Of a stretch of DNA of 64,000 nucleotides, positions 57,617 to 64,000 are shown one piece after another. Under the pieces are notes generated by a model. The model did no database searches. It was given only the letters and a program-made list of their open reading frames with translations, and was not told where the DNA came from. Location: the NCBI GenBank assembly GCA_965221115.1, contig CBDCRU010000001.1:154983-218982 (forward strand), written 5' to 3'. Position 1 is the first letter of the stretch; each line of letters starts with the position of its first letter. The translations under genes were made by a program, and so were the position numbers. The DNA is from Alphaproteobacteria bacterium (lineage in GTDB: Bacteria > Pseudomonadota > Alphaproteobacteria > SP197).

Positions 57617-58919
57617 CGGTCCTCTTGTCCTGGAGTGCCGGGGAACGCCTGCGGCGACGCACGGCGGCTTGCGTCCGGCGCACCCATGCCATGCCGCGGT
57701 CCGCGCTGACGGCGGCAAAGGGATAGAGCCGCTCCATGAGCTCACGCAGCGTTTCGGCGTTGGAGGCGAGAGACTGGATCCTGCGGGCACTGTTGAGCCA
57801 CACCGGCGAGATGATGAGGCTGAGCGCGATGACGGCGATGAACAGGCGATATCCTTCCTGATCGACGGCCCCCGTCGACAGGCCAAGGGCCACCAGGACG
57901 AAGGAGAACTCCCCGACCTGCCCCAGGGCGACACCGCCCAGCCACGCGCGTGGCCAGGGCTCCTTCAGGAGCCTCAGGATGCCGACGTTCATCGCGGTCT
58001 TGCCCAGGGTCACGAGAAGCAGCATGAGGAAGATGGCCTCAAGGTTCTCGAGAATGAACGTGACGTCGATCAGGAGGCCGATGGAGAGGAAGAACACCAT
58101 GAGCAGCACGCCCTGCAGGGGCAGGGTGACACGCAGAAGGGTGGCTCGGTCCGTACTGGCGCCGAGCACCAGACCGGCAAGGAAGGCGCCGTAGGCCGTC
58201 GAAATGCCGAAGAGACCGCTGATCGCGGCCGCCCCGAAGCACAGGGCCATTACGCCGACGGCGATCAGGTCCGCCTGCCCGCGGGCCAGGGCCTCGACGG
58301 GAAAATTGATGCCGCGTCTGCGGGCGAGGAACCACAGCAGGACAAGAAGGATCAGGATGGACCCGATCACCGGCATGACGGAGTTGAACGTAATGTCCTC
58401 CTCCGTGCCCATGGCCGATACGAACAGCATCATCGGGATGAACGCCAGATCCTGGGCGATGAGAATCCCGATGGCCCGGCGACCGGTCTCGCTGTCGATT
58501 TCACCGACGTCCTCGAGGAGCTTGATGGTGACGGCAGTGGACGACAGCGCCACGCCAAACCCCACCAGAACGCTCAGTTCCCACGGCCATCCAAGTGGCC
58601 ATGAGCAGAGCAGGATGACCGTTGTTGCAATGGCGATCTGCAGGCCGGTGACGATGAAGGAGAACCTGATGACGGAGCGGAAATTCGAGACATCGAGTTC
58701 CATGCCGATGCTGAACAGGAGGAGCAGCACGCCCAGCTCGGCAAGGAAGTTGATCTGTTCCCGGTCCTCGACGAAACCCATCACCGAAGGGCCGAGAACG
58801 ACACCGGCGAGGATGTAGCCAACGATGGCCGGTTGGCGGAACCGTCCCAGCAGCAGACCACAGGCGAGTGCGGCGGTCACGACGATCGTGATGTCGGTCA
58901 GCTGGTCACCGTGATCCAT
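57600..58919 (-). CDS. CPA2 cation:proton antiporter (no KTN domain)
   Basis: GYILAGVVLGP, AELGVLLLLFSIGME, LSSTAV, QDL and QVGEFSF motifs. Confidence 0.9.
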   Translation of the reverse strand: MDHGDQLTDITIVVTAALACGLLLGRFRQPAIVGYILAGVVLGPSVMGFVEDREQINFLAELGVLLLLFSIGMELDVSNFRSVIRFSFIVTGLQIAIATTVILLCSWPLGWPWELSVLVGFGVALSSTAVTIKLLEDVGEIDSETGRRAIGILIAQDLAFIPMMLFVSAMGTEEDITFNSVMPVIGSILILLVLLWFLARRRGINFPVEALARGQADLIAVGVMALCFGAAAISGLFGISTAYGAFLAGLVLGASTDRATLLRVTLPLQGVLLMVFFLSIGLLIDVTFILENLEAIFLMLLLVTLGKTAMNVGILRLLKEPWPRAWLGGVALGQVGEFSFVLVALGLSTGAVDQEGYRLFIAVIALSLIISPVWLNSARRIQSLASNAETLRELMERLYPFAAVSADRGMAWVRRTQAAVRRRRRSPALQDKRTDGPGS

Positions 58920-58980
58920 GGTTCGAGTCTACCACGTAACGGGCGGGCGATAAGGCTGGACCGCCACGCTTCAACCGGTT

Positions 58981-60051
58981 TCACAGGAGTGATTGCTGCC
59001 GCGGATCGGCGGACGGGTGGATGAACTGTGTCGTGTCGAGGGACCAGGAACGGCGATCGAGACCGTATCGCTTGCACGCCGTGGAGATCCTGCGTGACAC
59101 GAGGTCCGCGACCGGACCGGTTCCCGTCATTCTCCGGCCCCATCCGGAGTCGTAGTCCCTGCCGCCGCGGCACTGCCTGATGAGCGTCATGACCCGCCTT
59201 GCCCGGCCCGGTTCGTGGGTAGCCAGCCATTCCTGGAACAGGTCCCTGATCTCCAGCGGCAGGCGCAACAGGACATGGCTGGCGCTCGCCGCGCCGGCGG
59301 CGGCAGCGTCCCTGATGATGGCCTCGATCTCGTGGTCATTCAGTCCCGGGATGACCGGCGCCACCATGACGCCTGTGGGAATCCCCGCACCGCTCAGGCG
59401 TTCGATGGCCCTGAGGCGCAACAGGGGCGTCGGCGCGCGGGGTTCCATGCGTCTTGCAAGGTCGCGGTCGAGCGTTGTGATGGAGATGAAGGCGCGGACG
59501 AGGTTCATTCCTGCCATGGGAGCCAGGATATCGAGATCCCGCTCGATGAGGGACGACTTGGTGACGATGCCGCACGGGTGACGGCATTCGCTCAAGACCT
59601 CGAGGATCTGGCGCGTGATGCGGTAGCGGCGCTCGATCGGCTGGTAAGGGTCCGTGTTGCTGCCGAGGGAAATGACCTTCGGCCGGTAGGAGGGGCGTGC
59701 GAGGTGTCGGCGCAGCAGGAGGGCGGCATCCGGTTTCATCACGAGTTTCGTTTCGAAATCAAGGCCGGGAGAAAGACCGAGCCAGGCATGTGACGGTCTC
59801 GCGTAGCAGTAGATGCACCCGTGTTCGCATCCGCGATAGGGATTGATCGAATGCTCGAAGGGGATATCCGGTGACGAGTTGCGGGTGATGATGCTGCGGC
59901 TGGAATCGACAGCCACTTCGGTCCGCAAGGGGGGAAGATCCTCCTCGACGGTGTTCCAGCCGTCATCGAAAGCTTCGCGCTGCAGGGTTTCAAAGCGACC
60001 GGTCCGATTGGTCACGGCGGCACGACCCTTGTGTTGGCGGGTGTCGGGCAT
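58981..60051 (-). CDS. PA0069-family radical SAM protein
   Basis: SINPYRGCEHGCIYCYARPSH and NTDPYQP motifs. Confidence 0.92.
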   Translation of the reverse strand: MPDTRQHKGRAAVTNRTGRFETLQREAFDDGWNTVEEDLPPLRTEVAVDSSRSIITRNSSPDIPFEHSINPYRGCEHGCIYCYARPSHAWLGLSPGLDFETKLVMKPDAALLLRRHLARPSYRPKVISLGSNTDPYQPIERRYRITRQILEVLSECRHPCGIVTKSSLIERDLDILAPMAGMNLVRAFISITTLDRDLARRMEPRAPTPLLRLRAIERLSGAGIPTGVMVAPVIPGLNDHEIEAIIRDAAAAGAASASHVLLRLPLEIRDLFQEWLATHEPGRARRVMTLIRQCRGGRDYDSGWGRRMTGTGPVADLVSRRISTACKRYGLDRRSWSLDTTQFIHPSADPRQQSLL

Positions 60052-60114
60052 GATGGAACAATACCAGAACATTGATGGCTCCGGCAAGAGTCCGATTGCG
60101 TTATGATGGCGCGG

Positions 60115-60795
60115 ATGGAGAGGCTTTCGGTCATCATTCCCGCGCTCGACGCCGCAGCCGGTCTGGGGGACGTCATCGACCGGCTGAACCGGGGTGGTGC
60201 TGCTCCGGATGAGATCATCGTCGTCGACGGGGGATCGGTTGACGGTACGACCGATGTGGCGCACTCGAGGGGCGCGACGGTGATGTCGGCACGGCGCGGC
60301 CGCGGCATCCAGATGGCGGCCGGCGCCGCCGTGGCGAAGGGCGACTGGTTGTTGTTTCTTCATGCCGACACGGTTCCCGGGCTGGTCTGGCGAGAGGCTG
60401 TTGTGGATCTGATGGCCGGCCCTGACGGTGACCGGCGCGCCGGTGTGTTTCGCCTGCGCCTCGACGATCCGGCGCCGTGGGCCCGGTGGGTCGAGTGGTG
60501 TGCCCGGTTGAGAAGCCGTCTCCTGGGATTGCCCTATGGAGACCAGGGATTGCTGATCTCCGCCGAGTTCTACAAGTCGCTGGGCGGATTCAGGCCCATG
60601 GTGATCATGGAAGACGTCGACATGGTGCGGCGCATTGGCCGCCGGCGGCTGGTCACCCTGGAGTGCGCCGCGCATACCAGCACCGTCCGCTACCGTCGGG
60701 CCGGATACGGTATCCGCGTGATGAGGAACGCTTTCTGTCTTGCCTGCTACTTCTGTGGCGTGCCGCCGTCGCTGATCGCAAGGATGTATGGATGA
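60115..60795 (+). CDS. GT2 glycosyltransferase (TIGR04283-like)
   Basis: SVIIPAL, VVDGGSVDGT, LLFLHAD, LPYGDQG and MEDV motifs. Confidence 0.88.
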   Translation: MERLSVIIPALDAAAGLGDVIDRLNRGGAAPDEIIVVDGGSVDGTTDVAHSRGATVMSARRGRGIQMAAGAAVAKGDWLLFLHADTVPGLVWREAVVDLMAGPDGDRRAGVFRLRLDDPAPWARWVEWCARLRSRLLGLPYGDQGLLISAEFYKSLGGFRPMVIMEDVDMVRRIGRRRLVTLECAAHTSTVRYRRAGYGIRVMRNAFCLACYFCGVPPSLIARMYG

Positions 60796-61394
60796 AGGCG
60801 ACGCGCAGCGTTGTCGTGATGGCCCGCCCGGCGATCGCCGGCGAGGTCAAGACCCGCCTGGCCGAAGCCTGTGGCGACCGCTTCGCCCTTGCGGTCTACA
60901 GGCTCATGCTCCGGCGAACGCTCCGGCGCGTGGCCAGGGGACCGTGGATGACCGTGGTCGCGGTCGCGCCCTCGGCAGAGGAACGGCGCCGGCGCCGGTT
61001 TGGTGGACTCGCGACAATGGCCCAGTCCGGTCGTGACCTTGGCGAGCGGATGCACAACGCCTTTGCGGCCTTGCCGCCGGGGCCTGTCGTGATGGTTGGC
61101 ACGGACATACCCGGGTTGCATCGCCATCACATCAGTCGCGCCTTCAGGGTCCTTCGACGTCATGAAGCGGTCTTCGGGCCGGCACACGATGGCGGGTACT
61201 GGCTTGTCGGACTGGCTCCGGGTCTGCGCAATTCCGACATTTTCTCACGGGTCCGCTGGTCCACGCGCCACGCCTTGGCCGACACGCTGGAGAACATCCC
61301 GGCGGCGTGCTCAACGGCCTTGATCGCGACTCTGGGGGATGTCGACACGGTTGAGGATGTCGAACGGTGGTTTGGCGGATTTCTTCAACGGTGA
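60792..61394 (+). CDS. DUF2064/TIGR04282-like glycosyltransferase-fold protein
   Basis: VKTRLA, QSGRDLGERM, VGTDIP, FGPAHDGGYWLVG and DVDTVED motifs; ATGA-coupled. Confidence 0.88.
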   Translation: MKATRSVVVMARPAIAGEVKTRLAEACGDRFALAVYRLMLRRTLRRVARGPWMTVVAVAPSAEERRRRRFGGLATMAQSGRDLGERMHNAFAALPPGPVVMVGTDIPGLHRHHISRAFRVLRRHEAVFGPAHDGGYWLVGLAPGLRNSDIFSRVRWSTRHALADTLENIPAACSTALIATLGDVDTVEDVERWFGGFLQR

Positions 61395-61515
61395 ATCCGT
61401 TGTTGAGGACCGGTGCCCTGTTTGCGTAGAGTGATGGAGTGCCCCCGGTCACTTGTTGCGAGAAGGGGCTGTTGCACCAATACGCTCCGTTTGCGGGCAG
61501 ACAAGGAGGATTCTC

Positions 61516-62499
61516 ATGATTCCAGCCAGAGTGACAGGTGCCATTGCCGGCGCCGCCATGGCCCTTACCTTCGCCGCCCCGGCTTTCGCCGATCACGGTG
61601 ATACGGTGACAGTGGCCTATTTCCTTGAGTGGCCCACCGCCAACCAGGTGGCCCAGATTGAAAAGACCTATGACGAGGCAATGGGCGTCGATGTCGAATG
61701 GCGCGCCTTCGGCAACGGCAACGAGATGACCCAGGCCATGGTTTCCGGTGACGTGCAGATCGCCTACAGCCAGGGTTTCGTGCCGTTCGTGGTCGGCGTC
61801 TCCAATGGCGCTCCGCTGAAGCTGGTGGGGATTGCCGTGACCTATGCCGAGAACGACCTGTGCATCATCCGTGAGGATGCCGGCATCACCCAGGACAACG
61901 CTTCCGAACTCGAGGGCATGAAGGTGGCGACGCCCATCGGCAATGTCACCCACTACAAGCTGTTGCGCACCCTTGAACATCTCGGTGTGGACGCGTCGAA
62001 GGTCGATCTGGTGCAGATGAATCCGGCGGATGCCGCCATCGCCCTGATCCGTGGCGACGTCGTCATGGGTTGTGCCTTCGGCGGCGCCATCGACCGCATG
62101 AAGGAAGTCGGCTTCCCGTTGATGACCGGGGCCGAACAGGAAGCGGTTGGCATCAACACCTTCGATATCATCACGGTGACCGAGGACTTTGCCAGCCAGC
62201 ATCCGGACCTGGTACAGGCCTTCATGGATGTCACCGAGGAGGCCAACGCCGCCTACAAGGCCGATCCGGGCGCTGCCCTGGGGACCATCGCCAGCGCCGC
62301 GGGCATGGACGAGGATGCGGCCGGGGCGATGCTCGCCAACTTCGGTTTCCCGAGCGCTGCCGACCAGAAGAGCGCCAACTGGCTTGGTGGTGGCGTGCAG
62401 GCCATGACCAAGGGCGTCGCCGACGTCATGGTCGAGGCAGGCAACATGGAAACCGGTCTCGACGACTATTCAGGGTTCGTCGACGACAGTTTCCTTTGA
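61516..62499 (+). CDS. tauA: taurine ABC transporter substrate-binding protein
   Basis: Signal peptide; VAYFLEWP, AYSQGFVPF and GNVTHYK motifs; SD AAGGAGG. Confidence 0.8.
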   Translation: MIPARVTGAIAGAAMALTFAAPAFADHGDTVTVAYFLEWPTANQVAQIEKTYDEAMGVDVEWRAFGNGNEMTQAMVSGDVQIAYSQGFVPFVVGVSNGAPLKLVGIAVTYAENDLCIIREDAGITQDNASELEGMKVATPIGNVTHYKLLRTLEHLGVDASKVDLVQMNPADAAIALIRGDVVMGCAFGGAIDRMKEVGFPLMTGAEQEAVGINTFDIITVTEDFASQHPDLVQAFMDVTEEANAAYKADPGAALGTIASAAGMDEDAAGAMLANFGFPSAADQKSANWLGGGVQAMTKGVADVMVEAGNMETGLDDYSGFVDDSFL

Positions 62500-62505
62500 G
62501 TAATC

Positions 62506-62540
62506 CGGGAACCGGGCAGCATGGCGTTGCCCGGTTCCCG
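62506..62540 (+). terminator. intergenic stem-loop after the SBP gene
   Basis: 13-bp perfect stem CGGGAACCGGGCA/TGCCCGGTTCCCG; no U-tract. Confidence 0.55.
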
Positions 62541-62592
62541 CTCCGCTGCAGGCGGTTCGACCGTTTGCGGTGGACCTGAGGGGGAGGTCCGG

Positions 62593-63396
62593 ATGACAGA
62601 GACGGCAGAGATTGCGATCGACCGGATCTCCATGGTCTACACTCTTCCCGATTCAGAGGTCGACGCGCTCAATGACGTGTCGCTCGATATCGGCAAGGGC
62701 GAGATCATGAGCGTTCTCGGACCTTCGGGATGTGGCAAGACCACCCTTCTCAACATCATCGCCGGCTTCCTTTCCCCGACCAGGGGCGAGGTTCGTGTTG
62801 CCGGCAAACCGGTGAAGGGTCCAGGCGCCGAGCGTGGCATGGTGTTCCAGCAGGGAGCGCTGTTCGAATGGCTTTCCGTGACCCAGAACATCTCCTTCGG
62901 ACCGAGAATGTGCGGCAGGGACCGTGCGGAGACGGCCGACACCGTGCAGCGCCTGCTGGGTATCGTCGGTCTGACGGAGTTTGCCGACAAGCCGGTCTAC
63001 CAGCTCTCGGGCGGCATGCAGCAACGCGTGGCCCTGGCTCGATGCCTTGCCAACGATCCCGACGTCATTCTCATGGACGAACCTCTGGGCGCACTTGATG
63101 CCCTGACCCGCGAGAAGATGCAGGGTCTGGTGCTCAGGCTGTGGAAGGAGACCGGAAAGACCATTCTTCTCATCACCCACTCGGTGGAAGAAGCCCTCTT
63201 TCTCGGCGAGCGCCTGATCGTCATGGCGCCCCGGCCGGGGCGTATCGAAAAGGAGTTTCGCCTGCCGTTCGCCGATGAGGCTCTCGAGAAGCCGGCGCGG
63301 GACGTCAAGGCCGGCAGCGAGTTCGTGGCGGCCCGCGAGGAGATCCTTTCCATGATCTGGGACATGGAAGAAGAGATCATGGGCGACACCGGATAG
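62593..63396 (+). CDS. tauB: taurine ABC transporter ATP-binding protein
   Basis: GPSGCGKTT, ERGMVFQQGAL, LSGGMQQR and DEPLGALDALTREKMQ motifs. Confidence 0.85.
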   Translation: MTETAEIAIDRISMVYTLPDSEVDALNDVSLDIGKGEIMSVLGPSGCGKTTLLNIIAGFLSPTRGEVRVAGKPVKGPGAERGMVFQQGALFEWLSVTQNISFGPRMCGRDRAETADTVQRLLGIVGLTEFADKPVYQLSGGMQQRVALARCLANDPDVILMDEPLGALDALTREKMQGLVLRLWKETGKTILLITHSVEEALFLGERLIVMAPRPGRIEKEFRLPFADEALEKPARDVKAGSEFVAAREEILSMIWDMEEEIMGDTG

Positions 63397-63419
63397 GTCC
63401 GTCGGAGGGGAGGAGATCC

Positions 63420-64000
63420 ATGTCATCACGGCAAAAGCCTTCCGGCCTGGCGATCTGGCTTGGCCTGTCGGACAATTCGTTCACCCGCCAGAAGACCGTC
63501 AAGTTCGGAGATGCCACGGCCGTCAATTCGGGACGGTTCTATTCGATGCTGACCCTGGCGGTTCTCATCGTGGCGTGGGTGGTCGCGTCCGCCTTCGAGC
63601 TCATCGAACCCTTCTATTGGCCGTCGATTTCCGGGACCTGGGAACGCCTGATCAAGATCATTGGCGAGGGATTTCGCAATACGGCGCTTCACGACCATGT
63701 GGGGATAAGCGTCTACCGGGTGCTGTCGGGCGTGTTCTACGGAGCGTTGGTCGGCATACCACTCGGGTTTGCCATGGGGCTTTCCTCCATCGGCAGGGGT
63801 CTCTTCGATCCCGTGGTCGAGTTCATGCGGCCGATTCCGCCCCTGGCGCTGATCCCGCTCATCATCCTGTGGTTCGGCATCGACGAGTTCGCAAAGATCT
63901 TCCTGCTGTTCCTCGCCTCGCTCTTCATCATGACCATCGCCGCGCGCTCAGGCGTGTCGAGCGTGCGCATCACCAAGGTCCACGCGGCCTATTCTCTGGG
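63420..64000 (+). CDS. tauC: taurine ABC transporter permease (runs off the window)
   Basis: ATG 63420 after AGGAG; KTVKFGD, EFMRPIPPLALIPLIILWFGIDE and HAAYSLG; not in the ORF track because there is no stop in the window. Confidence 0.82.
   Translation, partial: MSSRQKPSGLAIWLGLSDNSFTRQKTVKFGDATAVNSGRFYSMLTLAVLIVAWVVASAFELIEPFYWPSISGTWERLIKIIGEGFRNTALHDHVGISVYRVLSGVFYGALVGIPLGFAMGLSSIGRGLFDPVVEFMRPIPPLALIPLIILWFGIDEFAKIFLLFLASLFIMTIAARSGVSSVRITKVHAAYSL

Noticed and set aside
4962-60675. Many long antisense or alternate-frame ORFs (e.g. 6276-7499, 16163-17827, 31520-33172, 39552-41156, 57165-58604)
   Set aside because: They overlap well-supported genes and are expected from stop-codon scarcity at high GC; no motifs seen.
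58981-61394. Arsenosugar biosynthesis cluster (radical SAM + TIGR04283/04282-like pair)
   Set aside because: The radical SAM protein is PA0069-type, not ArsS, and no ArsM is present.
1-64000. CRISPR array, rRNA or prophage
   Set aside because: No regularly spaced repeats, rRNA-like sequence or phage structural genes were seen.

Overview
High-GC, gene-dense alphaproteobacterial chromosome segment. The taxon is inferred from gene order (def/COQ9 divergent from rpsU, split pntA, dciA-mutY) and the tRNA-Met type. Housekeeping blocks: purEK, def, rpsU and pntAB at 0-7.5 kb; fdx-mnmA at 31.4-32.9 kb; tRNA-Met, dciA, mutY, rnhB, a CPA2 antiporter, a radical SAM protein, a glycosyltransferase pair and tauABC at 55.4-64 kb. 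Between these lie accessory regions. (1) An extended 2-aminoethylphosphonate uptake and catabolism cluster at 8.6-20 kb: ABC transporter, LysR, phnW-phnA-phnY-pbfA and a PbfF-like D-2-hydroxyacid dehydrogenase-fold gene. (2) An operon at 20.3-31 kb with a Pot-type ABC transporter, MFS, glutamine-synthetase-like ligase, esterase, BVMO and an unknown protein. (3) An oxygenase-rich region at 32.9-55.3 kb. It holds a tandem double ectoine-synthase-like (EctC-EctC) gene coupled to a Rieske oxygenase, a NahC-like meta-cleavage module, and a lower-GC islet encoding TerB-like, YeeR-like and XRE-HTH::YaaW proteins around an IS630 remnant (candidate stress or defence module). It also holds a frameshifted P450. 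The best candidates for undescribed biology are the Rieske + double-EctC pair and the TerB/YeeR/HTH-YaaW islet. All family calls come from motif recognition by eye; no database searches were run.
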